Assembly: GCA_903813345.2 (NCBI GenBank)
Contig: CAIIXF020000001.1
Location: 16,120,001-16,184,000, forward strand
DNA from: Owenia fusiformis
Lineage: Eukaryota
Length of the DNA stretch: 64,000 nt
Reading direction: 5' to 3'
Under the pieces are notes generated by a model that saw nothing but the letters and a program-made list of their open reading frames with translations, ran no database searches and was not told the origin of the DNA. Below are positions 22,327 through 36,804 of the stretch, in pieces (within the stretch, counting starts at the first letter, position 1; every line of letters begins with the position of its first letter). Position numbers and translations under genes: made by a program.

Positions 22327-23321
22327 CAGGGTTGTCCTAAAAAAAGTGAACCCTTGCAACTGACTATATTTCCCTTATTACCTGCAGGAATTCTTTCATA
22401 GTTTCACATGTTGTAGAGGAAGGTCTAAATTTTTGTTGGTACGATACATTTTTCTTAGTATTAAAATTTGCAGAAATTATAAGCCTTTACGAAACATCAC
22501 TGAAAATGGGTAAAATGTGAACTTCAATATCTGCGATTCTTCAACCCTTCAACAATCTTCCCATTGAAATCTTTTAACCCGGAGTCTGGGGAACCTTATG
22601 TTTTCTGACTTTGTTTGGCTTTGAATCACACACAATATGATGTAAAATTAGCATCCTACCTCTGTTAGTTGCAAGGAGTTATTGTGATCAAAAGAAATCG
22701 GTTCAATGTTTCCAAAGATGTGAACATCTTCCAGTGAAATCGCAACATAACCCTATATGGTCTTAAAATGTCAATATCTTCATTATCATGGACCAATTCT
22801 AATGAAATAGATGGCTCAAAACACTGAATATTAGATTTCCTTTTGATTTTTGAAAGATCTTATGAAGGACTTCTCAGATTTTGGGTCACAAGGGGTAACT
22901 TGGCCCCCCCCCCCTCTACCCGTTTATGTAGATAACATGTCTCTAAACTGCTAAATGGTTAAAACAGCTTCAAAATGGTCAATAAAAGTGTGAAATGTGT
23001 TTTCTGCTCAAATAGTGTCCCATTTGTCATATGGTATGGTTTAAACTTATAATCTCTCACTCAGTGAAAGCTTTTTTAAGATCATCTAATGTGTTTCAAC
23101 AATTTCCGTCAATCACATTGGTAAAATTTTGCACAAAATCTAATTTGAGGCATGTTTGTTTAAGTCTTGTAATTTCTTCGAAATTCAAGACTGAGAATAA
23201 ATTATGGTGTCAACAAAAATTTTAGACCTTTCTCTACAAGATGTGATAATACGAGCAAATGTATGTATGTATTATGGAAAATATAGCCTGTTGCAGGGGT
23301 TCACTTTTTTGGACCACCCTA
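22327..23321. mobile_element. Non-autonomous Tc1/mariner-type element, ~1 kb
   Basis: TIRs cagggt(t/g)gtcc(t/a)aaaaaagtgaaccc(c/t)tgcaac with TA flanks; inverted second copy at 50544-51531. Confidence 0.85.
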
Positions 23322-25210
23322 TATATGATTTTGTAACGGCTCAGAGCGAAAATGTTCTAGAGGAATGGATACACCTCACACCTCGCATCTCAAAAAACAA
23401 TCATAACGACCTGAATGGATATAAATTCTGAATTTATTTTATATGTCTCAAGGACACGTTAAAAGTCCCCAGACCTCATCAAATATCTTGAAATGGAAAA
23501 ATGATTTGTATGAGGGGACCAACATTTGCCGCCGCCCCTACACTACCCCCATAAATGTGGGGTCGAATTGGCGTTTTTTCTTATATTTTATCATTCTTGG
23601 AGAATTGGCACTAGAATATTAAAAAATAAGAAAAAACGCCAATTCGACCCCACATTTATGGGGGTACCCTACACGGGCCCTACAAATTGAAAAAAAATGT
23701 TCCCTGTTTTTCTTTTCAGTTTTATCTATTGTCTTACACTTTAAAGATGTCCAGTAGCCTCATCACCAACATTGGATCGGTAAAATTTCTTAGAAAAAGC
23801 CTAAGAGCATGATAGAGTCCCAAGCTTAATTCTTCTCGCTCACTCCATTCTCGAACTTTGCGAATTTAATGATTATTCGGCCAGCCATTACTCCCTGTGA
23901 ATGAATGACATTCCATTGCAAAGAAAAGTAGCCTAATTTGGCTTTTTGGTAGATTGAATGAAATTGATGCAGTCATCGGTTTTACTTATCACTGACTTTC
24001 GCAATGTTTATAAATTGGTCCCAAGCTAATTTTGGTCCACTTTGCAAAAAGAATGATTACTCGCCAAACCATGACCCAATATCAACGAATGGTATTCCAT
24101 TGGAAAGTGGAGACACATGGCTTTATGGTACATTGATTAAATCAATGATGTTATCACTGGTTTTGTGCTCTTCCGAGATCTGATGCGTTTCTTTTGATAC
24201 GCACTGTATAACTATTTTCTTTACTCCATTGAATAAATCAGGCAACTGTTATATTATTTCAAACATTCAATCTATGATTTTATGCATATTTGTTTTAAAT
24301 TATATCATTACAAATTGATTTAATTATTTACAAATATAATGTTTTTCTAAATGTGCTAAACTTTCAAAATAAAGTAATACTGTTGGCTTATCTTGGTTGA
24401 AAATACGTTTTATCATATTTTTACCATTGTAAATTGCTGTTTCTCTGAATTTTCTTCTGTTCACATTTTTCGAACAAAAAGTCCTTCAAAATCAACATTT
24501 GAAATTGAATCGAAAGGTTTCCCGAGGAATTTGGAAAAAATCGTTAGAATACTTTCAGAGGGGGAGGCCACCGGCATCATTTACCAGCTCAAGATCCTAT
24601 TCAGTGAATTCTGGCTACTTTTAAGTGTTTTCAGTATCAACAAAATCAACCAATAGAAATTCTGATTTTTTAGTGGGAGCGAGGGGGCAGAGGGAGAGGG
24701 GTGCCTCATTCCTCTGGGAATTTTACAAGTTCAAGATGCTATCTGGTTATTTCCTGGCACTTTAATGTGTTCGAGTAAATAAAAATTCATTTTTTGGGTG
24801 GAGTCCGAAATGTTTATGATTTCAATATGACATGGAGCGATTTCGGGGTATATTTTAACTAACAAATACAGCTCCCTAAAATTCTTTTTGGTAAAAAACC
24901 AAACCACCGTTGAAGAAGAGGGTCTGACGAGCCTGTTTTGATGATGGAGACTGTTTTTAACAGACATTTCATATTTCATAACAATTTATAACATTTAATA
25001 CAGGGACCTACTTTTGCCTTATATTTAATATAATGTAACTTATTGATAATTAAATACAACGATAAACCAAGTATCGGGTCACGATGCACAGCTCAAAAAT
25101 ATTTAATTTAGTTTTATCACGTCAATCAATTGGACCAGAATCAAAATAGATTATGCCGAGATTATGAAGTATACATACATAAGAAAAGTGAAAGACATTG
25201 AAATTGTAAA

Positions 25211-28200
25211 ATGGAGAAAAGGTCTCAAATTTTGATTTTCCTGCTGGTAATTTGGGCAGCTATTATCTCATTTGTTTCAACAGATATAAAAGAAGGTAAA
25301 TCATTTTAACGTACATTATATCTAAATTTCATTTTGTCAATAAATTATTTAAGCTGCACATACGCATAACATTTGATATGACATCAATTGGCAGTTGATT
25401 TGAATTTATATCATAATCCGATTTTAATTTTTCATTCTTCAATCTAAAGCTATAGTTAGTAATGGTATTTTGGTAAAAAAGCAACTACTTTCACATCAAA
25501 CTATAAACGTTCTCGAAATTTATGAACTTCATGGACGTGCTCGACTTGAAAGATTTCAAATCCGATGGCGGCGACCATACCGTTCTGTAATTAGATCGAG
25601 TGACAATGCAAACGAGATGACCTACTGTGAAAGTAATTGCCGTACTTCGACCCTAATAGGGATCGACGCGTTAACGTTGTGCAATCGGATATCAGTTGCA
25701 GTACGTGTACACACCGACATGGTGCGACCTGAACGAACTGCGAACGAGATGGACGTATTGAAGACTGTTTATGAACAAAGCATTTAATTATTTTAGACAT
25801 ACTTCCCAACCACTCAGCTAGATTTAGTCCGTTTGTAGAACTGGAAAGAACGTAAGAGAACTAGTTTGGTGTGATAGGGGGGTTAGATTGAAATGTAAAG
25901 AATATTTTCAGTTTGCCCAAAATCAAGTGGCTACATTATTGAACCGACAAGCAATGGAGCACCAATTTCCGTAGACATCCTAACAGACTTTGTGTTTCCC
26001 TGTCGTGGGAAACTGGTGGGAGTTGACTTTTATGATTCCATGGGGATCCCCTTCAAAATAGGCATTTTCCAAGAACAAATCCTAGACGACGGAGAGGCCT
26101 CGACGTATTCATTGAACAACTTCAGCTCTGTAATTCCAAGCGATGAACCTGGATATCATCGCCATACTCTGAATATTACGGTGAGTTTTGATGATCCACG
26201 CTGCTAATCAGAGCTTATAAATAGATGCCCACAACTATTCACCTCTTCCGAGGTTAACTGTCTATGTATCCAGATACAACCAAGGTCAATTGAATGGATA
26301 GGTCGCCTCTAATTGTTCGTTATTGAAGAGAAAACACTATTTTTCTTTTCTTTTTCTTTCACATTTCGATCGTGACCTTCTATTAGCTTAGGCCATGGGC
26401 ATGTTTTTAGTTGGAGGTAGAAAAATGTGAAGAGTATCAGAAATGCAAGACAACACCATATAAGTTATTAAAATTAAAAGGCCCTGGCAGCTACTGTAAT
26501 TGGCATAGTGGCTCAGGATACATGTTTAATCTATTCAAGGGATGAAGTTAGCCCCACTATCAAGATCTAATACCCCATCCAAATCATTTTTAACCTTGTA
26601 TGGGTGATTGGTCGATCAATCTTTGCTTTCACGCAAACCCAAGAAATGCATCAAATATATCGTGTTTTACAGGTATTAACTATAGTTAAATGTTTCCGCA
26701 TTCAATACTAAATTACTAATTACATTGTCTAATTTTCTATATTAAAACATTCTAACCCGGAGCCTGTTATTTAGATCATATAATTTTTATTGTTCTATAT
26801 TCCACATTTGCGCAAGTTGTACGACGTACAACATTGTTGGCAAACAAATAAAAATTAATTATGAATCATAAACATACACTCAAGATTGACAATTGACGTA
26901 TAACTGCATTAATTAAAACTGTGTAATGACGTTTGATCACTGCAAAATTTCACTTGTTACTATATTTTATTTTTTTGTCTTCCTTTAAAAGTTATATATA
27001 TATTTATTTCGAAAATATATCTGACCAGTAGTGATATCGATTATTGAGTGATTTAACAAGTTTATTAGTATTTTCTTTATTTGAACTGTATACTTTTAAA
27101 TTTATTGCAATGAAATAAGAAATGGTCCTCCGTGCGTCTTATTATCACAGATTTAAGCCCTGGACTCGGAGCAATGTGAAATGACCATTCCTTGAAGGTG
27201 TTGCGTTTTTAAGAAACAACGCCTGAAAGGAATGGTCATTACTCGATGCATTGTGAAATTCTTTTCACACATTGCAAAATATTTTCTACAAAATCATAAA
27301 GATACGAAATCACTATTTTCAATTTTTTGAAGTATCAATTTCAATCTGAAAAGTTCAGTTCAACCTGTGACCTTGAGTTGGTTATTGGTTATATAATGGA
27401 ATGCAATTATGTGAAATAGCGTCTTCGGATTGGCTGGAATCGGACACATTATGTGTGAATGACAAACCAAGCATTTTCTTTCTTCAGTAGAGGTAATTGA
27501 CAGACTGTTCCTATCAAGCGTAAGGGCCTCTGAAAGAGCCCGGAAAGGGGATCTGACAAATCAGAATGGGCAATTGATAACATGCTTCAATCTTGTCATG
27601 CTATTTATTATGTAAAAGAATTGTTCACTAATTATCTTAATATTGAATTTCCAATCGACGAGGGTTACACATTTTAAGAAATCGACATTTTTATTCTATT
27701 GGAATTAAGAATGGATAAAAGACTAGCTCAATTGCATCACTTTTTGATGCCAAAGTATTTGATTTGAACTAACTACTTGTAAAATTATCTATATTAAATT
27801 TAAGGCCCGTTGGATAATTAAACCACTCCTGCAAATATTGTAGTATTGCAAATATTGTAGTGTCTATCTTTTCTGCGACCAGCGGCTAGTAATATTCCTC
27901 TATAAATATTTCAGTACTTACATGTACTTTGCATGAAAAGTATGCAACTTTGGCTTACCCATTGGTGAACTAAATTCAATCATATTATATTTGATTTTAT
28001 ATCATTGGACCTCTATCCGACCTCTATACAGGCCCATGACATCATACTAGTCGAACCCTTGTGCCGTACAGGTGTCAAAGGGTAGGAGGTCCTATCAAAT
28101 TATGGTCCTACTTTCCATTGATTTATATGGTGACCTAAATACAACTCTTTCACTTATTATCTTATACACAATCAGGGCCAGTAAGGGCCTTTAAGAAAGG

Positions 28201-31200
28201 GGACCATAATCCCCAGGGGACCATAATTTCTCTTACACCGGTCCATTATCGACAACTCATATTGCTTTAACATAGGAACATTAAACAACTCCCGTTGTAG
28301 TATTACTTCCGATTAAAATAATTTTATAATTTAACAGGTCGAGAAGGGAGACGTGCTTGGAATTATGTCATCTGAATCTGATGCCTCTGCATCCAACATA
28401 GGCATTCACCACGACATCATAGATGATGGCGAAATACCAACAACTGATAAATACTACAACACAGCTGAAGTGGAGCTTGGTACTAGAGCCAACAATTACC
28501 ATGTTATCCGAAACAAAAATAAATCTTACTCTATTAGGATATTTTATGCCAACCCAAGTAAGGATAGGCTAATTTGACCAAAACTATTATTTACTTCAAA
28601 ACAATTTTCATTTGCTCGTAATTTAGTACTTTATCATTGATGTGAGCTCTCCGATATTCACATATATAGGTGTCGCTCGGGTCATCTTCGTTCACTCAGG
28701 TCCCGTCTGTCTGACGCAGGGAAGAGTGAATGTGCGAAGATGCGCTCAGATAGTAATGCTGTGATTTCTGAAGATAAACATATATACTTTTATATGAACA
28801 AGCAACACATTTGATAGTCTTGCTTCAATATCCTGGACTATCTACTCTAACAACTGGTTAGATAGGAGGTCCACAGTCGTGAAGCAAGACTGCACATTGG
28901 ATCAAGAGATATCTGTGTTATTTTTTATTTTAGATGAAGAATTCAATCCACTCTACACACATAAAGGTTGCAATGACTTTCCCTTGTCCACCAATCCAAA
29001 TATCGTCCAACTTACTGACAATGACGATCAAGGTGATTCAGGTCAAATAGAAGACCCGATATACAAATGCTATTTGAAAGCTTTGGATGACGGCAAAACA
29101 ATATTTGGATTAAAAGAACGACACTGCTACGTCGAAGCAAATAATAATAACGTTTGGATAGATAATAGTACTCAATTAACGTACTGCAGTGGTATTGGAA
29201 ATAAAAGTGTTGACGTTTATGAGATACATACAGGTTAGAGAGTAACATGTGTATCACTTACTTAATTGCGTCCGGTTACGTTTTCCTTTTGTTTTGGTAA
29301 TCAAGGAATCCTTTTGTTATATCATAGAAACTATGATATATTTGCTATATTGATGATGTCATTGGTTGTACTTTTGTAGTTACCTACAACCTTAATGACA
29401 TCATGAATCTATAGCTAATATATCATCGTTTCTATGATATACCAAAAGGTGAGAGGGCTTATTGGAAAGGACTCTTGTTATAGTATACAGAAATGATAGA
29501 ACTAAAATAACTGTTTGTATGAGTTTTGGGGTTATTGTCATTTATGTTAAAACGATTAATACGTGCGTAGTAAAATAAAAAAAACGGGAAAGGGTACTGT
29601 AAGCTAACAGTAAAGCTACTGATAAAATTAAATACCACAAGCATCTTTCATTTTCATTTAGATAACGCTGCTATTGGTAAACAGGTGTACCAATCCTCAG
29701 AAACATGGATAAAGAAATCATCTCAAAATGCGCTTCTTTTGGGGTTAGATAGCTACAAGGATAGCTGCTCAATCAGCTTAACTTCAAATGAAATTAATCC
29801 TTACTGGATAGTGTTCATTGGAGAAGATGTTCGGATAATGAAATTGGTGATAACCCCTACAAAAGGTATGAAACCGATGTGTCCTATAGTAATTTTTCTA
29901 GACGCAAGCGTTAAATGGTAAATCATGTCTGCACCTATCTCTTATTTGGATGCATACATGATTAGACTCTCTTTGTATTATTTTTTAATCTCCTACTAGT
30001 CGCTTTACACGAGAAATGATCTATAAATGTTGATAATCAGGAAATGTTACATGTAATTATTGTTAAGCCCAATGTTAATATTTTCGTATTTCCCATTCAA
30101 GTGTTCAAGGAATATAATTGTTTGACCTATATAAACTTGTATCAAATTCGAAAATGATGGGACAATATTTTTGCTTTATAGAATATCCTCTGAGGAATTT
30201 TGCTATTTACATTGACAAAAAGTTATGTACGATATACAATGGTGAGATAACGACTCCTCACAAGGTAACGTGTGATAATCCTCTACATGGAGGATCAGTT
30301 AAGATCCAAATGATGGGCGACAATCCTACTCAACTAGCTCTATGCTATGTAGAAGTTTATACGACAGGTATTTCTGACAATATTACGTATATCATGATGC
30401 TCAATAGTCCGTAACCCACCGCCCCCCCCCCCCCCCACCTCCCGATCTATCCCCAGGAGTGGGAGTATATGATTATGATTATTATGAGCTTTATTATACT
30501 TGTATCCCACATTTGGGCAAAGTGTACAGCTTAAACAGAAAAAATGAAAAAGCTTAACTAATTATCTATATAGTATATGAAGGAGCGAGGTTTTATAAAC
30601 TATTATCTAGAAACTATTAGATTTTTATCTATAGAGGGGTTGATACAAAAGTCCTGTACCGTTAGCTCCTTCGCATTGCCTCGTTGACAAGGCCTTTCTG
30701 GATTATTATAAATATAACATTTTTACAGAGGGGGGGGGGGGGGGGGGTCAGTAATGTTAAAATATTAGCTTTAATTCTACATTTCGTCATTACAATATAA
30801 AGGTGTTGATATATATTTGCGGATAGCATCTCATTTTTGTTTTCTTATGTTAGCTACCTGCCCAGTTGATACGCCAGAACGACTGATATCTGGCGATATA
30901 CCATGTTGATGATAAAAGGCTTACCGCATCATCGTTTAAAGAGGGTCACGTATTTTTCGGCACAAGCAGATCTAGATTAGACACGCCAGATACGTACGTA
31001 TATTTATCATAGGTATTTTCACATAGCAATTTGCTATATGACACAAGTTTGACAAGTTCATGATAACACAAATACCATGGGCGTAGCCAGGGGGGGGGGG
31101 GGTGCGGTGGGGGCGATCGCACCCCTCCCCGATCAAGTCCAGCGGGACCTTATTTTATTTCCAAACAAAATTCCAAACACAAGTAATCAAGATATTGGTT

Positions 31201-34200
31201 CAAATCTTTTGGACTGTTATGAACTATGAGTAAACTATGTTATAAACTATGAGTACTGGGTTTTATGAGAAATAATAGCCGAGGACCTTGGCCTGAGGCC
31301 ATTAGTTTTTCATAGACCGAGTACGAATGGTCTATGTAACTTAAACCCAAAACTGACTCTTGTGGAAGGTAAATGGCCCATGCTCAAATTCTAGGAAAAT
31401 TTTATTTCATATGTGTTGACTAAGAGGTAAGTGTGTTGAGTGAGTGAGTGTATTAGTTCAGCTTTGGTGCACTGGATGTGACAATCAATGATGTCCTTTG
31501 AGCCACACTGGTTTTGGATTGCTAGCTAAGTGTCAATTATTTAAAAACAATAGAAAAGGAATGTACTCTTCTTTGTTACGGCTGCATATTAAAATAAATT
31601 ACAGTTCATTCAATTGTGCAGCTTCCTAAGTGGGGTTTAAAGTCAGTTGAAGTGTCAGAAAATAACAATTTTTTGCTTCCCCGGGAGCCAATCCTCCTTG
31701 GTAAAACATGAAATTTTGAAAAAGCCAACAACCAGAACGGCAGCATGATTATGTTTTATTCTAGAGGAAGCATGGCAGGAGGATGGGCTCCAGAAAACGA
31801 CGACAAAGGCCAATGGATACAAGCAGCACTGGGTGAAATTATGTTTGTGACAGGGGTGGTCACTCAAGGAGAAGAAAAAGTCGACCACTGGGTTATATCG
31901 TACAAGTTTCTTTATGGTAAAACGGTAGAGACTTTGGAGGAGTATCGGAAGGTAAAATATTGAAATTCTTTTTACTATTCACGTTTATAAGTTAGTATTC
32001 CTTGCTGTCTTTGGTCTTTGTACCTTCACGAATACAGTGAACTAAATTGGAAAAAATGAAATCTGTGATCATTTATAAAAAGCAATTATTTATAATAACA
32101 AAATTTTTGTTTTTTAGATTCTACAAGGGAATAATGACCGAAATACACATGTTACTAACATGATAGATCCACATGTGCTGGCCAGATTTGTTCGCATTAA
32201 TCCTCAAACGTGGTACAAACGTATAGCCATGAGGTTCGATGTTATTGGATGCCCTAAAACAGGTAACAAACGTGAAAGTAATAAAGGATCAGTCATATTC
32301 GGTAGGTCATTTGGCAGCAAATGATATAAAAACGATTAGTATTTATATTTTAATAGCGGTGCAAATGTGTCGCCAAAATCACTTCATTGTGAACATTTTC
32401 AGAATTGGTAGATAATCTCAAAGGTAGCATTTTATGCAGTTTAGTCATACTAAAAGACTCAGGTACCACATCAACCGCTTTCTTCAAGAGATCCAGACTG
32501 TGATTGCAACAATGCCTTACTGACTAAATGCCAATCAAATGTGGCATTTACATTTTTACCATATTATTCTAGTCGCCCAGTGCCCAATGTTACCAGACCC
32601 TCCTATTGGGCACACAAGGATATCTCAGCTGGATGGATTGTACAATGGGGCAATAGTACAAAATGAATGCCTACCAGGGAACCATTACTACTCGGGGGAT
32701 TTTGTGAAAAAATGTATTGCATACAATTCCTCTGACGCTGGTGAATGGGTTGGTGATGACCTTATATGTCGAGGTAATAATAATAAGTGTGACCCGTCCT
32801 TATATGTGTGACCCGTCCTTATCCCTAATAATAGCCTGTGGAAATAAACGATAGAGATACCATTCAATATATGCTTTACATAATAGCATGATCTTATGTC
32901 TTGTATATCTTTTCTGAGGTCAATTACATCACTGCTCCCGAGTGTGGAAAGTTTCCATCGCTTAAATTCAAATATGCTCTGAATTTAGATTGATGTTTGA
33001 TTCATAGCTTTGTTAGAAAAATCCATTCTAATACGCATTACATCTTTATGTTATGCGACAATTGTGAGAGCTTTATTAATCAAACGGACGGACGAACGGC
33101 TATGTACTATATCCCATCTTTTAACCATAATTTCCTAACATACTTATAATGTTCATCCTTAGGCTGTTGTGATTTTGAGAAGACTCCCGATACAACCCTT
33201 GTATACAATTTCAACACACTGTCACTAGGCCCTGTTGATATCCTACAAGGTATTGTTAGAATTATTCTAATTATAAATATTTAACTTTTCTTAACTATGG
33301 CCAGTCAATTATGAAGACCAAGTATGAATGTTTTTTGGATTGTATTTGTTATATTGTTTGAATTAATGATGCATATTATATTAATTATCTATTTGTATTT
33401 ATGTGAAATAGCTCTTTAACAAATAAATTTTGCTTGTGTTTTTCTTTTGTAGGGAATGCAACTATTCAACGACAGGGGAGATATGTTGGACTCAATACAA
33501 TGCCAAGTGGTGTTCTCAATATACAAGATCAAATACTTTCCGGTCAACTCGAGCTCACATTCTGCATAGAAACTTGGATAGATATCATATCAAATACAAC
33601 AAATACAACACAACAAAATGAAACAGACAAACATGTTATCATTGAGGTATCAAATACCTTTGGATTGACGATCACCAATAACTCAAATGAGAATATCAAG
33701 TTTATTGCATTCTTCAATCTAAAGAATGAAACAGTTTATCAATCGATAACATTAGATATGGAATTCTTGAAGGACTCAAACTTACTCCAAATAGTCATGA
33801 CAAAAGTCAAAGATGTGGTTGTATATTTTGTAAATGGAGTTCAAGTTTTCAGCAGTGTAACTGAAGAGGAAATATTTGCTTCAATGAATGAAACCACTCG
33901 GGAATTTGTTGTGTCAGTTACTGGTGACGTAACCCTGTATTCAATCCGCCTGCAAGACACAAGCTGCTTTGACACGGTGACATATAAAAATGGTAGTGAA
34001 CATGATACATTTAACTTTGTGGTTGAATTTCATGATGAAGCCTTTGTGCAAGGAAGTGCTTTGAAGATCTGATAACTTCATTGTATTCATTACATTGTTG
34101 AAGTAATGCACAGCTAAATTTGTGCTTCAAATGATAAATATGAATTTTCACCTTCAAAGTGTTCAGCGTGTGCTATAAAATTATTGTAAAACGTTATGCA

Positions 34201-36804
34201 GTTTTTGACACCCTGTGGATCTAGTTCTATTGTGTTCAATTACACAGTTTTCATGTTCTACAGTTATTATTCAGTCTACATCAAAATTAATCGTAATATT
34301 TTCAGTTCAACGACAAAGGCGAACTGGCTGCGAAAATGGAGACAATAGCATCAAGTTATCATGTGCAAGAGGTGACGTGCTAGTAGTGCACACTGTAGAA
34401 GTAGGCCAGAGCAACAGCAGCAATGGTATCAACCGCATGTGTGAATTCCTATACGACCCCTCGTGCGCTATCCAGCTAGTGAAAACCCAAAATTTAATCA
34501 AGGAAATGTGTGATGAACATAATGAGTGTATGATAGCGTATCATGATTACACGGAACTCAGACCGGATACTTGTGACATGAGTCACAGTGTAACAGCAGT
34601 GGTCACATACCAGTGCATAAGTGAGTATCATCAGTATCAGTAATAGAGAAAGAGATTTAATAAAAGAAGAAAATAGATTAGGATGTGTGGTGTACATTTT
34701 TGAAGCGTTGCTTATTAATTGCCATATGGCAATCAAATTTTATTTTAAATTCACAGTTGTTCGAACAAAGGTTCTTCCAAAAACATTTTTTGGAATCAAA
34801 AAACCGTACTAGCACATTTTAGTAACATTGGGCGAGGCTACAATTTAAGCCAAATGGTTTATAGTGGCTTTCAACCAGTTGAACTAATATAATGTTCTCT
34901 TAGTTTTCAAACAATTTCGCGAATTTATAGTAATAAGCTGTTACGATCATTCACATCTTGCGTTTCTAGGAAAGATAAATGCAAACTCTCGGAATTTATC
35001 ATCAACAATGAACTCATCATCGGAAGTGATGGATTTGTTTCCATATGAAACTTGTGTCTCAACCATGGAGGTGATAGAATTTGACATGGGAGCCTATTCT
35101 CAAATTGATGAACTAATACTTTACTTTAGTAAGTATGGTTAGAGATAAGGGTCTTGTCACTTGACACACCTCATATGTCTGTCTTTTTGCCTGTCAATTC
35201 AGCTTTCTCCGCCAAGAGTTCAATAGTACAAGTACTGGCAATGTGTCACTACCTCATTCACAGTGTCATTGCCGTACCAAATCATACTTAAATCTAAAAC
35301 AACTTTAGCATCCTCCGAGCGCAAGGCTGCTTCTTTCCTTTACGGATTCTGGCTTAGGCTTAGGCTTAGGCGGATGCACCTTAAATGTTTATCTGTATCT
35401 ATTTTAATTCAAAACCTACTAATTACTAAAACCATAAAATTAAGTATTCATCAGGAAATTGTTCAGTAGCTAGTTTATGAACTAGAATGGTTTTAAACTA
35501 AATATGAAAAAACAACATTGATCTATGAAAATCTGAGAATGGATTTACGACTCTAGTTTGGTGTGGCACTCTGTATAGCTCTTTGATACTGAGACATTTT
35601 AGAAGTATCATAAAAAATCATAATGAAGTAGACATTATACCAATACCTTATTTCAGATGTTTCATCTACTATAGCAACTAACAAGGCTAAATTGGTAAAC
35701 ATAAAGGTCTCTACTAATGATACGGAGGCTGAAACCAAGACCTGCAGTACAAACGCAACTGTGACACATTCTATGCCTGTTCTCTATGACTGTGGAGATT
35801 CAGTGTTTGGGAATTTGGTGGCTTTAGAAATAGAGGGTAGATTTCCAGGTTGGATGATTTGCAATGTGGAGATATATTCAAAAGAAGGTAACGAAAAGCA
35901 TTTCGAAAAACATTCAATAGTATTTATTACCATGGTCATGATACCCCAATTAATAAATACATTCTGTATGTAGAACCAGTACAAAATATAACAGTACACA
36001 TTTGGATCACTTTTGGATCATTCCATCATGAACAGCTTAATATATCTTGAAATATATTTTGGTTCGATGCTCATTTTAATTGTAGTGGCATTTCAAACTA
36101 TTTCACCCGTCATTGAAATTGATGATACTACCACCACAACTGGTGAAACTACCAAACCAACTGATGAAACTACCACAACTACTGATGAACCTGCCGAAGC
36201 CACTGAAACTGCACCAGCTGCTACTGAAACTGCCGCTAACACTATTGAAACTGCGGCAGCAACAACTGACTCTGCACAAGAAACGAGTGAAACTGCCCTG
36301 ATAACTACTGAATCTGTCCCAAGATCGACTGAAATTGCCCCAGGAACTACTGAAACTACTAAAACTGCACCAGAAACTACTGAATCTGCCTTAAGAACAA
36401 ATGAAACAACCCTTATAATTTCTGGAACAATTCCAGCGACTACATATGGAATCATCCCGACAACTACTGAAACCAGTCCAACAAGTACAGAAACTGATAC
36501 ACCCAGTACTGGTTTCACCAAAACAACAAAAACAACACCTTTGGAGATTTTTCTTAAAGTAGAAGAGGATGAAAATGCTAATGAATATGTGGCTGCTAAG
36601 AGAATTGAGCTTGAACCAACTGAAGCAAAATATGCTGCTGCAGTGGGAATTCCTGTATGTGTCCCACCCATCATTTTCATATCGACCCTTATTCTCCTAG
36701 ACCTCCCTAAACTTGTACAGGATCTCAGGCAGGCGTACAACTATGTTGTATATGGCACAAAGGTGAAACCAAAGGTTGGCCAGAAGTCTCCTATATTAAA
36801 CTGA
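25211..36804 (+). CDS. Mosaic multi-lectin type I membrane protein, ~1330 aa if the frameshift is corrected. Order: signal peptide, unknown beta domain, WSC-like, F-type-lectin-like, F5/8C discoidin, Sushi, LamG-like, SUEL lectin, second F-type-like domain, Thr-rich stalk, TM. Exons 25211-25295, 25912-26180, 28338-28557, 28934-29233, 29662-29865, 30182-30367, 30854-30993, 31765-31951, 32118-32262, 32573-32773, 33163-33249, 33453-33992, 34306-34620, 34970-35128, 35657-35887, 36086-36804
   Basis: Canonical splice sites with matching phases except exon 7 (1 nt off). Motifs: MEKRSQILIFLLVIWAAII, YTHKGC..KCYLKA..IFGL, NAAIGKQVYQSS..LALCYVEVY, GGWAP..QWIQ..VTGVVTQG..GNNDRN..ARFVRINPQTW..IAMRFDVIGC, QCPMLPDP..ECLPG..W.GDDLIC, GCE..LSC..MCDEHNEC..VTYQC. 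Confidence 0.82.

Noticed and set aside
36093-36740. 215-aa Val/Ser-rich minus-strand ORF
   Set aside because: It is the antisense shadow of the Thr-rich mucin exon.
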